From: a virus
Taxonomy: Duplodnaviria; Caudoviricetes
DNA length: 62,441 nt
Virus record (IMG/VR): IMGVR_UViG_3300036853_000205
Coordinates: 1-62,441 of that record
Strand: one strand, 5' to 3'
Both the position numbers and the translations under genes were made by a program. The first letter of the stretch is position 1, and the number at the start of each line of letters is the position of its first letter. The notes below the pieces were generated by a model. That model worked only from the letters and a program-made list of their open reading frames with translations, had not been told where the DNA came from and searched no databases. Positions 27,771 through 36,172 of the stretch are shown here, piece after piece.

Positions 27771-27893
27771 AGGAGTTGGTCAGATTTGGCGAGGCGGAAC
27801 GGCAGGCACGTGGAGCTGGGTCGGCAAACCCGTCGACTTCGTTGCCCTCGTGAGTCGCTGAGTAGCTGTTCCGCCTCGCCCCAAACGGTCGCA

Positions 27894-28329
27894 TCAGCGC
27901 AGGTCGTCGCGCACGTGAGTGAAGGACTCATCCTGCCCTGGGTGTAATTGCGACGAATCGGGCGGCCGTCGGGTCCAACGCAAGAAACGTTCGAACAGAA
28001 CTCCCTGCTTCTCGCGCGGCAGCTCCCCGGCGGCCAACCGCATCCACTCCGACATCACCACCGCGAGGGTGCGCCCGGTCAGAGAATTCCTGAGCGCGGT
28101 TCGGGCCCACTCGCACGGCCACGGCGCCAAACAAATTCGGCAATGCCAGTTCTTCGGTCTCGACGGCAAGTGCCCGTCGGTCAGCCACCACTGCGTTGCT
28201 GCTGCCCACGATTCGTCAATGGAGCACGTAGCTGCTGAAAGGGGGTCAACAGAGGGGCGCGCAGCACCGTGGGCACAAAACGCGTCGGCTGATTCCAATC
28301 GGGGCCTGGGGTACCAGGCGCCTCCCATG
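27894..28329 (-). CDS. Micromonosporaceae-type HxPxRPxWxCxxC-PWPC protein (often mislabelled flavin reductase); start uncertain
   Basis: HLPSRPKNWHCRICLAPWPCEWAR..LFERFLRW; divergent from XRE gene. Confidence 0.65.
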
Positions 28330-28541
28330 CCGCCCCCTCCTCCGCCGTTCCATTCGGTGTTGTCGTTCCAACGTCGATCCATCTCCGCCACCTCCGGGGA
28401 CGCCACTTGAATTGGCCCATTGACGCACCCCTCTCCGCCCGGTTTGTATGGAAGAACCCTGTACCTAGGTAGTAGCCTGCCGCTCACACACAGTCGCCCG
28501 CGACCCCACCGGCGACTCCAATCCACTCCAGAGGTCCACGG

Positions 28542-29738
28542 ATGGTCGACAGCTTCGGTGCCACACTGCGAGCCTTACGTCAGCAGAACGAACTCAGCTT
28601 GGAAGCCCTCGCCGAGCGCACCACCTTCAGCGCGGGCTACCTCGGCAACATCGAGACGGGCGAACGCGCACCCACCCTGGGCGTAGCCGCAGCCTGTGAC
28701 GACGTGTTCGGCTGCGCCCCCTTGCTGGCAACCCTGCACAGCATCGAGCGAGGAGACCCCATGCTGCGACGGGCGTTACTCGGCGGTACTTTCGCCGCCA
28801 CATCCACTGCGCTGCTCGCCACCGTGGACGGCACCGCGGCATTGGCCGCCGTCCTGCAATCGAGCCTCCACGACGCGATCGAGGCGCCCACCGACTGGGA
28901 TGCCCTGGCCGCCAGCTTCGCCCGCCGTCACGTGCTGGCCCCGTCCCCCGCGTTCGGCGTCGAGCTGGCCGCACAGATCGCCGTTGCGCAACATCGCGTC
29001 ACCGCCGGGGATCGTGATGCTGCCCGGGGCGCCGCGCTGCTCGCGCTCACATACGGGCTGTGGATCGCCGATACCGGGCGGGTGCCCACCGCGCACGGCC
29101 TGTACGCCACCGCTGCTGCCCTCGCTGACCGCTCCGGCGACCCCGCTACCCGCGCCCTGGTCCGGGCCCGCGCCGCGAACCGGGGCATCTACGAGGGCTG
29201 GACCGCTGACCGGGCACAGGCCACCGCCGACGAAGCCCTCGCAATCTCCACCACCGGCACGGCCGCGCTGGAAGCGCACGCTGCCCGGGTACACCTACAC
29301 GCGCTGACCGGCAACCTGTCGGCGGGGCGGGCAGCCGTGGCACAGATGCGGGCGGCGGCTGACTCGCTGCCCGAAGCCGGCGGACCCACGGCGCATCAGC
29401 GCGTCGCCTCGTTCCACGCCTACCTGGAGTGCCGCGCGGGCAGCCTCACAGACGCCCAACGGGCCTTCGAGCAGGCCGAGCGGGATCTTCGGCAGGTGCC
29501 GCTGTGGCTGGCGGACGCCACGATCTACATGGGTCGAGCCCTGGTCGCGGCGGGTGACGTCACCGGCGGGGCACAACTCACCCTGGACGCCGTGCAGCAC
29601 CTCCCGTTCTCAACGCGCATCCTCGGTATCGGGGTACGTGACGTGCTCTACGCTGCCGGGCGTCGGCGCAGCGACGTCCTAGACGTGCTGCGCGGCTACG
29701 CCAGCCCCGGCCCGGCCCCTTGGGAGACCCTGACATGA
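28542..29738 (+). CDS. XRE-family HTH regulator with helical-repeat C-terminus
   Basis: FGATLRALR..LSLEALA..FSAGYLGNIETGERAP; TTA codons at 28575 and 28776. Confidence 0.88.
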   Translation: MVDSFGATLRALRQQNELSLEALAERTTFSAGYLGNIETGERAPTLGVAAACDDVFGCAPLLATLHSIERGDPMLRRALLGGTFAATSTALLATVDGTAALAAVLQSSLHDAIEAPTDWDALAASFARRHVLAPSPAFGVELAAQIAVAQHRVTAGDRDAARGAALLALTYGLWIADTGRVPTAHGLYATAAALADRSGDPATRALVRARAANRGIYEGWTADRAQATADEALAISTTGTAALEAHAARVHLHALTGNLSAGRAAVAQMRAAADSLPEAGGPTAHQRVASFHAYLECRAGSLTDAQRAFEQAERDLRQVPLWLADATIYMGRALVAAGDVTGGAQLTLDAVQHLPFSTRILGIGVRDVLYAAGRRRSDVLDVLRGYASPGPAPWETLT

Positions 29739-30208
29739 CTAAGCCCCGTCAACACGAACCTGTACGGCAGCCATCACCGGATCAGATCCTGGCGCTAATC
29801 GGCGAGTACGGCGAGGTGCGCGAGCAAATGGGCGTGGTACTGGGTAGGAATGGCTTTGGCCGCACCAGCAGAGACCTTGACATTGACGCGGCCACGCTGG
29901 GCCAGAAGTCGGCCGGGCTGCTCGCGTTGATCGACGTATATGGCGAGCTACGCGAGCGCATCGGCGTGCTGATGGGCAACGGGCCGCTCGACGCGGATTC
30001 GGCGCGAGCCGTTGAGGTCGGCGTCTTGCGCGAGGACGCGGCCAACCTTTTCGCCCGGATCGGAGCGCGGTTGCTTAGGGCGGAGAAACCAAGCGCGGCC
30101 GAGGCAACGGTGCAGTTCCGGGCCGGGCACCGTGGCGACCCCGAACGGGTACAGGGCTCTATCCAGCGCCGGGGCAACTGCGCCGACGACGGCCTGTGCG
30201 AAATCTAA
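29735..30208 (+). CDS. Hypothetical protein with internal duplication
   Basis: LALIGEYGEVREQMGV / LALIDVYGELRERIGV. Confidence 0.6.
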   Translation: MTKPRQHEPVRQPSPDQILALIGEYGEVREQMGVVLGRNGFGRTSRDLDIDAATLGQKSAGLLALIDVYGELRERIGVLMGNGPLDADSARAVEVGVLREDAANLFARIGARLLRAEKPSAAEATVQFRAGHRGDPERVQGSIQRRGNCADDGLCEI

Positions 30209-30283
30209 AGCGCGCCTGTGGATTTCCTTTCACTTGCCTTTTGCAACTCTAACCAACCCGAGTAAAAAAGGAGCGTCACCGTC

Positions 30284-30385
30284 GTGAACCGGTACAACAA
30301 CTCGCCGTGCGACTGGTGCGGGCACCCGCACGACTACGACCAGCCATGTCGGCTACCGCTGCCAAAGCCTAGGCTCAGCGCATAA
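30284..30385 (+). CDS. 33-aa Cys/His peptide (not in ORF track)
   Basis: AAAGGAG RBS; MNRYNNSPCDWCGHPHDYDQPC..; TAATG coupling to methyltransferase. Confidence 0.6.
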   Translation: MNRYNNSPCDWCGHPHDYDQPCRLPLPKPRLSA

Positions 30386-31182
30386 TGGACGATGCGTACG
30401 AGCGGAAGCTGAACGTAGAAATACCGCAATCAGCGCGCATCTACGACTGGTGGCTCGGCGGCAAGGACAACTTCGCCATCGACCGGCTGGTGGGCGCCCA
30501 GATGGTGGAGGCCATTCCCGAGCTGCCGGAGATGGCACGCGAGAACCGCAACTACATGAACCGCGTGGTGCGCTACCTCTCCGAGCAGGGCATCCGGCAG
30601 TACCTGGACATCGGTACCGGCATCCCGACCAGCCCGAACGCGCACGAGGTCGCCCAGTCCATCAACCCGGAATCCACAGTGGTCTATGTGGACAATGATC
30701 CGCTGGTGCTGGTCCACGCCCGCGCCCTGCTGACCGGCGTGCCGCAGGGCGAGGTGGCCTACATCGACGCGGACTTCACCCAGCCCGCGCAGATCCTGGC
30801 CGACCCGCAGCTACGCGCGGTGCTGGACCTGAACAAGCCGGTCGCGTTGCTGATGATCGCGGTGCTCATGCTGGCCGACGACTCCGCGGACCCGTGGGGC
30901 GCCACCCGGACCCTGATGGACGCCCTGCCTTCGGGTAGCTACCTGGCGGTCACTCACCCCAGCAACGACTTCGACCCCGAACGCATGGGGGCGGCGGTGA
31001 AGGCGGCAACCAGTCACGGCATGACTTTGGTCCCCCGCCCCCGCCACGAAGTTGAACGCTTCTTCGACGGCTGGGAGCTTCTGGAGCCCGGTGTGGTGCC
31101 GGTTATGGACTGGCGCCCCGACGGGCCACACGAGCCGGGCAAGATCGCCTATTACTGGGCGGGACTCGCCCGCAAGCCATAA
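30385..31182 (+). CDS. Actinomycete SAM-dependent methyltransferase (Methyltransf_19/DUF574 family)
   Basis: SARIYDWWLGGKDNF, GIRQYLDIGTGIPT, VVYVDNDPLVLVHARALL. Confidence 0.92.
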   Translation: MDDAYERKLNVEIPQSARIYDWWLGGKDNFAIDRLVGAQMVEAIPELPEMARENRNYMNRVVRYLSEQGIRQYLDIGTGIPTSPNAHEVAQSINPESTVVYVDNDPLVLVHARALLTGVPQGEVAYIDADFTQPAQILADPQLRAVLDLNKPVALLMIAVLMLADDSADPWGATRTLMDALPSGSYLAVTHPSNDFDPERMGAAVKAATSHGMTLVPRPRHEVERFFDGWELLEPGVVPVMDWRPDGPHEPGKIAYYWAGLARKP

Positions 31183-31234
31183 CTTTGTGCGAGCTGGCAG
31201 TAACCCTCCGCCCTGCCGGTCGTTGCAGTCAGTA

Positions 31235-31450
31235 GGGCCTCGGCGCCGGGGTTCTTCCTCTCCAGGCCATCTCAAACCGGCGCCGAGTCCCGCTAAGACA
31301 GGGCCCGCAGAACTTGCCGTCCACTACCCGAGGTCACCCACCCGGAGCCTCGGGGGCAAGTTCTGCGGGTCCGCCGCCGGAAGGGCCGATCTTTCGTGAG
31401 CGCGCAGTCAGGCCGAGGTCGACTCAAACGCCTCGGGGTCAAGTTCAGCG
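31235..31450 (+). ncRNA. Candidate structured RNA leader/switch
   Basis: Hairpins 31235-31291 and 31301-31372 (18-bp stem, one G-U); 21-nt near-repeat 31347-31367 / 31430-31450. Confidence 0.45.
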
Positions 31451-31542
31451 ACAAGCCGTTGCGAAAGACGCACCTACCCGCCTGGTGGCGGCGCCGCCTA
31501 CGCCGCTTGGAGCGTCGACGCAGGAACAAAGAGCAGGACTGA
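31396..31542 (+). CDS. 48-aa Arg-rich peptide (not in ORF track)
   Basis: GGAAGGG upstream; MSAQSGRGRLKRLGVKFSDKPLRKTHLPAWWRRRLRRLERRRRNKEQD. Confidence 0.5.
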   Translation: MSAQSGRGRLKRLGVKFSDKPLRKTHLPAWWRRRLRRLERRRRNKEQD

Positions 31543-31619
31543 TCCCCTGCTCAGGCCCCTCACTGCCTTACCGTTGACCCGTGAACGGGCAGGGGGCCGA
31601 TGGGCGATGGGTGTCAGCC

Positions 31620-32003
31620 ATGCACACGCGACTGTGGCGCCGGGTCGGGCGCCGGGGCGCCACCCTGCTGTTTCTCGCATTGCTCGACCTGCTGTACCCG
31701 CTCGGGCTCGCGGGGCAGGCACCAGCCGCTCGCGCCGGCTACGAACTGATCGCTCCCTGGCAGGCGTGGGCCGGACTGTGGGCGGCAACCGGGCTTGTGT
31801 GCCTGGTTCAGGCGTTCGCGCGTCGAGACCGCATCGCGTTCACCGCCGCAGTCGGGATCAAGCTCGCCTGGGGGTCAACGTCGCTGGCCGCCTGGGCGGT
31901 GGGGATGAGCCCGCGCGGCTGGCTGGCTGCCGTGATCTGGCTGTCGTTCGCGGGGCTGATAGCCGTAGATTCAACCTGGTCCGAGCATTGGGACCGGCCG
32001 TGA
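31620..32003 (+). CDS. 4-TM membrane protein of actinophage lysis-associated type
   Basis: GRRGATLLFLALLD; four hydrophobic helices. Confidence 0.7.
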   Translation: MHTRLWRRVGRRGATLLFLALLDLLYPLGLAGQAPAARAGYELIAPWQAWAGLWAATGLVCLVQAFARRDRIAFTAAVGIKLAWGSTSLAAWAVGMSPRGWLAAVIWLSFAGLIAVDSTWSEHWDRP

Positions 32004-32329
32004 CCGTCGGGAGCACCCTGATTCAAAGCGGCCTCGCTGTGCTGATCGCGGGGGTGCCCACCTCGATCGGCGGCTGGTTCGCGTTCCGCCAGGCGACCAA
32101 GGTTCAGCGAAGCGCCGACCGAGCCAACCTGACCGACGATTTGCAGGACGAGGTGGCGGCACTGCGGGCTGCCGTGGCCGAGGCCCGCAAAGAGTGCGAC
32201 CAGCTACGGTACCGGCTACGCGGCGCGATGGAGTACCTGGACGTGTGCATGGCGGTGATGCGGCGAGCGGACCTCAACCCCCCGCAACCCTCGATCACCG
32301 TCTACCCGTGGGAAGGCGACATCAAATAG
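32000..32329 (+). CDS. 1-TM + coiled-coil membrane protein
   Basis: GTGA overlap; TM then LQDEVAALRAAV heptads. Confidence 0.7.
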   Translation: MTVGSTLIQSGLAVLIAGVPTSIGGWFAFRQATKVQRSADRANLTDDLQDEVAALRAAVAEARKECDQLRYRLRGAMEYLDVCMAVMRRADLNPPQPSITVYPWEGDIK

Positions 32330-32527
32330 TGGGGTGCGGGGGTCAGCCCTGCCATGTTGGGTTGGAGTGCTGGTAGCTTTTGCGCTCGGCAGTACCTCGC
32401 ACCAAGCCGGTAGCTCTGGCGCGAGTGCGGGCGGGCGAGACGAGCGGGCGGGCTGATCATCCGTCGGGGCGTAGGCCGTGGTCCGCGCCCCTTAAGGAAG
32501 ACGCTCCCAGCCTACGGACACACAGAT

Positions 32528-32562
32528 AGGGCGGCCTCCCGCTTCCGAGGGATGACCGCCCT
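32528..32562. terminator. Hairpin between convergent operons
   Basis: AGGGCGG..TCCC / GGGA..CCGCCCT. Confidence 0.4.
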
Positions 32563-32580
32563 GCCTTGCTCTCAGGCCCC

Positions 32581-32883
32581 CTAGCAGGCTGCCCACGCGT
32601 GAACCTGCATCCAGGCCCCGTCCGTCCGCCGCGCCACACTGATCCGCCGCTCGCCGCTCGGCATCACCGTCACCGTGAACGAGTAGGGGTGACCGTTGAT
32701 CGTGCGACCCCACGCCCGCGCGGTGCCGCTGGTGGTGTCGCGGCGCCGGACCGGCGGGCGGACGAACACCGTCGAGCGTGGCCCGATCTCCATTCGTTCT
32801 GCGGTGTCCGCAGCGGTGGCCTGACACGCTGGGCAGTCAGGTACCGACCCGACCAGGTGCGGGTACGCCAGATGCCGAGTCAT
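32581..32883 (-). CDS. Hypothetical protein
   Basis: ATGA overlap; H..CPAC. Confidence 0.55.
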   Translation of the reverse strand: MTRHLAYPHLVGSVPDCPACQATAADTAERMEIGPRSTVFVRPPVRRRDTTSGTARAWGRTINGHPYSFTVTVMPSGERRISVARRTDGAWMQVHAWAAC

Positions 32884-33113
32884 GCCCGTGCTCGGGTCTT
32901 GCGGAGGCGACCGGGGGCGCCGCGTCCGGGCCGCTGCTGGGGGTCGGCGAGCCACGCCTTGATCGTGCTCTCGAACCAACGCGGCCGGTCCGGGGCGGGC
33001 AGGGCGTCCGGGGCGGGCATCCGACCGTGCGCCTTGTAGTGGCGCAGCGTGGCGACCTTGAGACCGGTCAACGCGGACACGCCCTTGTAGTCCAGCGGCT
33101 CGGGCTCGCTCAT
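32880..33113 (-). CDS. MerR/AlpA-like HTH protein
   Basis: LDYKGVSALTGLKVATLRHY..MPAPD..PRWFESTIKAW..RPGRG. Confidence 0.8.
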   Translation of the reverse strand: MSEPEPLDYKGVSALTGLKVATLRHYKAHGRMPAPDALPAPDRPRWFESTIKAWLADPQQRPGRGAPGRLRKTRARA

Positions 33114-33421
33114 GACGCGTCCTGCGGGGTGCCGGGGCAGTCCTGGTCGTCGTGGCCCGAGGTGTCGCAGATTCCGCAGTCGGCGGTGCGTCGGGCGTAC
33201 ACCCGGTGTTCGTTGCCGACCCGTCGCGCCGTGGCCTCGAACCCTTCGCCGTACTCGCGGCCGAGCATGACCCGTTCGACCATCGCGGTGGCGCGTGCCG
33301 CCCGGTCGTGCCGAGCGACGATCGCCCAGTTACCCGGCCGCTCCAACAACAGCTTTGCGATGTCGTCGCGGGTGAGCGCGTACGGGTTGTCAGTCTCCGG
33401 GGGGGTCTCGAACGTCAACAT
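33110..33421 (-). CDS. Hypothetical protein
   Basis: AAAGGAG RBS; RPGNWA..FEATAR..VYAR. Confidence 0.7.
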   Translation of the reverse strand: MLTFETPPETDNPYALTRDDIAKLLLERPGNWAIVARHDRAARATAMVERVMLGREYGEGFEATARRVGNEHRVYARRTADCGICDTSGHDDQDCPGTPQDAS

Positions 33422-33445
33422 CGATTGCTCCTTTTGGGCGGTACT

Positions 33446-33492
33446 GGCGGGCGAGACATAAACATACCGCGCCGCGCGTTATCTTAAAATCG
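33446..33492 (-). repeat. Conserved promoter-like repeat, copy 1
   Basis: GGGCGAGACATAAACATACCGCGnnGCGCGTTRTCTTAAA(A)TCG. Confidence 0.85.
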
Positions 33493-33726
33493 ACTGTTCG
33501 GCCCCACTGCGTACACGCCGCTGTGCTCGGCGCTCGCGCGGATCAGTGCAACCGGGTGATTCGCCATGAGCACCCAGCCGTGGACCTTGTCCGCCGGAAA
33601 CGTGCTACGACCCAGAGCTATAGCCCGGTCCATGCCCTCAGGGTGCGTCGGGCAGGAGCACCTGATCTCCACGGCGGACTGCCCTCCACGCTCAGTGATG
33701 CTGGTGACAGTGATGGTGTGTTTCAT
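33484..33726 (-). CDS. Hypothetical protein
   Basis: Ends RF-TAA inside repeat copy 1. Confidence 0.55.
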   Translation of the reverse strand: MKHTITVTSITERGGQSAVEIRCSCPTHPEGMDRAIALGRSTFPADKVHGWVLMANHPVALIRASAEHSGVYAVGPNSRF

Positions 33727-33736
33727 CGGAATGATT

Positions 33737-33943
33737 TCAGGCCGGGTCGCTCGGCTCAACCTTGCCATCGACAACCACCAGGCGCCCGAGCTTGATGAGA
33801 GCGTGGACGGCGGTGGCATTTACACCCTTGTACGCCTTAACCCCCGAGTAGGAAATACCCGGCTCGACCTTGCCGTACGGCGCATCCGCCGGAAGATTGC
33901 GAATCGCTTCGAGGGTTACGGCCTGAGTCTTGGTGAGATTCAT
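33737..33943 (-). CDS. Small winged-helix-like hypothetical protein
   Basis: AGGAG RBS; LTKTQ..ATAVHALIKLGRL. Confidence 0.65.
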   Translation of the reverse strand: MNLTKTQAVTLEAIRNLPADAPYGKVEPGISYSGVKAYKGVNATAVHALIKLGRLVVVDGKVEPSDPA

Positions 33944-33958
33944 CGGGTGCTCCTGTTC

Positions 33959-34005
33959 GGCGGGCGAGACATAAACATACCGCGTGGCGCGTTGTCTTAA
34001 AATCG
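33959..34005 (-). repeat. Conserved promoter-like repeat, copy 2
   Basis: 3 mismatches to copy 1. Confidence 0.85.
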
Positions 34006-34260
34006 GCCAAACGGTTCGCGGGCTCCGGGAAGAGGGCGAAAGGTGGCGGCCTGATCGGGGGTGGTCTTGCGGTACCGGGGGCCCCGTACTGCGTTAGCGT
34101 TGGTGAACAAGACGAATTCGATACGGACCTCCTCGGCGTTCGTCGCAGTGGTGCCGTCCGCGCTAAAAGTCGTCACTTTGTAGGTGTTCCTGTGGGCTGT
34201 GCGGCGGGTGCCGTCTGCCATCGTGACGGTCCCGGCTACGCTTTCGATCAGCTTGTGCAT
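33997..34260 (-). CDS. Hypothetical protein
   Basis: AAAGGGG RBS; ends RF-TAA inside repeat copy 2. Confidence 0.6.
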   Translation of the reverse strand: MHKLIESVAGTVTMADGTRRTAHRNTYKVTTFSADGTTATNAEEVRIEFVLFTNANAVRGPRYRKTTPDQAATFRPLPGAREPFGRF

Positions 34261-34314
34261 CGAGCCCCTTTTCCCTGTCGGGCGTTGAGTCGGCACCCCC
34301 CGGACCCGAGGTTT

Positions 34315-34599
34315 TCAGCAGGCACCGCAATCGCTCTCGCACAGGCACTCGACGGGGGCTGCACCGGCGGCGGGAATGATGCGCATGTGCTCGAACACCC
34401 ACGACTCCGCCATCATGTCGTCGCGCTTGCCGGTGCGGGTGTTAAGCGACGAGAACGTGTACCCGCTCTCCGAGAGGCCACCGACCACAAAGTGCGTTCC
34501 GACGCTGCGCTCCGACCAACGCGGGTTGAGAAATGTGAGGTCCTTGACGAACGTGAACACAGTGCCAGCGGTCAGGTCGGCGGCGGTGATGGCGTTCAT
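34315..34599 (-). CDS. Hypothetical protein
   Basis: AAAGGAG RBS; C-terminal CLCESDCGAC. Confidence 0.65.
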   Translation of the reverse strand: MNAITAADLTAGTVFTFVKDLTFLNPRWSERSVGTHFVVGGLSESGYTFSSLNTRTGKRDDMMAESWVFEHMRIIPAAGAAPVECLCESDCGAC

Positions 34600-34631
34600 C
34601 GGGTGCTCCTTTTGCTTGGGGGCGCTTTGTG

Positions 34632-34674
34632 GGGCGAGACATAAACATACCGCGCGGCGCGTTATCTTAAATCG
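34632..34674 (-). repeat. Conserved promoter-like repeat, copy 3
   Basis: Same consensus; directly downstream (minus sense) of terminator. Confidence 0.85.
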
Positions 34675-34689
34675 AACGTTCAGGCGGAC

Positions 34690-34736
34690 AAAAAAGCTTT
34701 AGGGCGGCCACCCCGTGAAAGGGGGTGGCCGCCCTA
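34690..34736 (-). terminator. Intrinsic terminator
   Basis: TAGGGCGGCCACCCC / GGGGTGGCCGCCCTA 15-bp stem, A6 tract at 34690-34695 (U-tract on minus). Confidence 0.75.
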
Positions 34737-34750
34737 TGGTTGGCGTTTTC

Positions 34751-34915
34751 CTAAATCAGGCCGAGCCGCACGAGCCACGATGGGTGGCCGTGGTGGCAGG
34801 TTCCGTCCGGCTCGATGGCACAGCCGTCCGTGGCCTCGGGCATCTCGACGTCCAGAATCCAGTTCTCGATGGTCGTGTCATCTGGTGGGTCGGTGGTGGG
34901 TTCCGGGTAGGCCAC
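34751..34915 (-). CDS. 54-aa phage hypothetical protein (not in ORF track)
   Basis: EATDGCAIEPDGTCHHGHPSWLVRLGLI, a motif I recall from other phage proteins. Confidence 0.6.
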   Translation of the reverse strand: MAYPEPTTDPPDDTTIENWILDVEMPEATDGCAIEPDGTCHHGHPSWLVRLGLI

Positions 34916-34921
34916 CGTGGA

Positions 34922-35551
34922 CTACTTCGCGCCGCGCGGGCGGGCACCCAGGCCGCTGTGCCACGCGGTACCGGGGCAGTAGCTGAGCCAGGTTGCGATC
35001 AGCTCACCGGCGACCTTGGCGCTGACACCATCGATGTCCTTCTGGGTTTCGTCGGTGGCGGCGGCCGTGGCGCGCTCCCAGTTGTTGGCTACCATCTCGC
35101 CGACCTGCTCAATGAGGACTGCGGCGACGGCGCGCTTCTGCTCGCGGGTCATCTCCTTGACGGTGGTCGGCTTGACCTTGACCGGGGTGGCGGCCTTCGC
35201 GGGGGCGGTCTTCGCCGGGGTGACGGCCGGGGCCTTCGCCATCGTGGTCGGTGCGGCCTTGCCCGGGGTGGTGGCGGGGGCAGCGGTGTCGGTCTTGGGG
35301 GCGGTCATGGGGGGCTCCTGGTTGCTCGGGGTGGCGGTGACCTTGGCGCGGTCGGTGCCGTAGTGGTGGACCGTGAGCTGCACGTCACCGTAGGCTTCCG
35401 TGATCGACTCGTACTTGCTGACCTCCACCGCGAACTTGACAACGCGCCGCTGGCGGGCGATGGCCGTTGCGCTGAGGGTCCGCCCTGCGTTCTCGGCGAA
35501 CTCTTTGGCGTGGGCGGCGGTGATAAAGGTGGCGGTGAAGTCGGTGATCAT
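34922..35551 (-). CDS. Hypothetical protein with Ala/Lys/Pro/Thr linker (possible internal start at 35308)
   Basis: GAGGAAG RBS; internal AGGAG-ATG. Confidence 0.6.
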   Translation of the reverse strand: MITDFTATFITAAHAKEFAENAGRTLSATAIARQRRVVKFAVEVSKYESITEAYGDVQLTVHHYGTDRAKVTATPSNQEPPMTAPKTDTAAPATTPGKAAPTTMAKAPAVTPAKTAPAKAATPVKVKPTTVKEMTREQKRAVAAVLIEQVGEMVANNWERATAAATDETQKDIDGVSAKVAGELIATWLSYCPGTAWHSGLGARPRGAK

Positions 35552-35761
35552 GGGGTGGCTTCCTCTGCTTCGGGTGGGCCGTGCGGCGCTTGTCCGGGTA
35601 CAACTCCAATTAGTGGGGTTACGCCCAAGTTCCGCGCCGCACGACCAGCCCATGCTTATGGGGCCGTTCAGCTATAGATCATCCGGGGGCGATTTGAAGA
35701 GATCCACAGCCTTCGCGGTGGCTTCGAACGTCGCGCGGGGATTGCCCTCGCGTCCGTTAGC

Positions 35762-36172
35762 TCACTCATGGTCAGCCACCTTACGGTCGGCGGCCTGCGC
35801 CACTGCGGGCTCATGGTGCCCGATAAGAGGGTCACCCGCACCGTCGTACATGACGTCGGCGCCACAGGCGGTACCGTCGCGCGCTGTCCAATCTGCCACG
35901 CCGTCGACTACCACTCGCGTAAGTGCCATGCCGCACTTGCCGCAGCACACGACTTCGGGGTTACGCACGTCGACCACCTCAATACCCTGACGCTCCAATA
36001 TCGGCAGCACCGTCTCCCAAGACGCGACGGGCATAGTCCGCTGCACAACATCGTCAGCCGGGTACGCCACGTCCAACACGGCGCGCATGGCGCCAATGTT
36101 CTTGTCGTCGGGCGCGTACAGGTAGACCGTGCCCCCGCCTGCCAGCAGCGTCACGCGCTCGCCGCTTACCAC
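35762..36172 (-). CDS. Hypothetical protein
   Basis: Overlap-coupled; CCGKCG. Confidence 0.55.
   Translation of the reverse strand: MVSGERVTLLAGGGTVYLYAPDDKNIGAMRAVLDVAYPADDVVQRTMPVASWETVLPILERQGIEVVDVRNPEVVCCGKCGMALTRVVVDGVADWTARDGTACGADVMYDGAGDPLIGHHEPAVAQAADRKVADHE

Noticed and set aside
33446-34674. CRISPR array
   Set aside because: Repeats are 500-670 bp apart and separated by genes, not spacers
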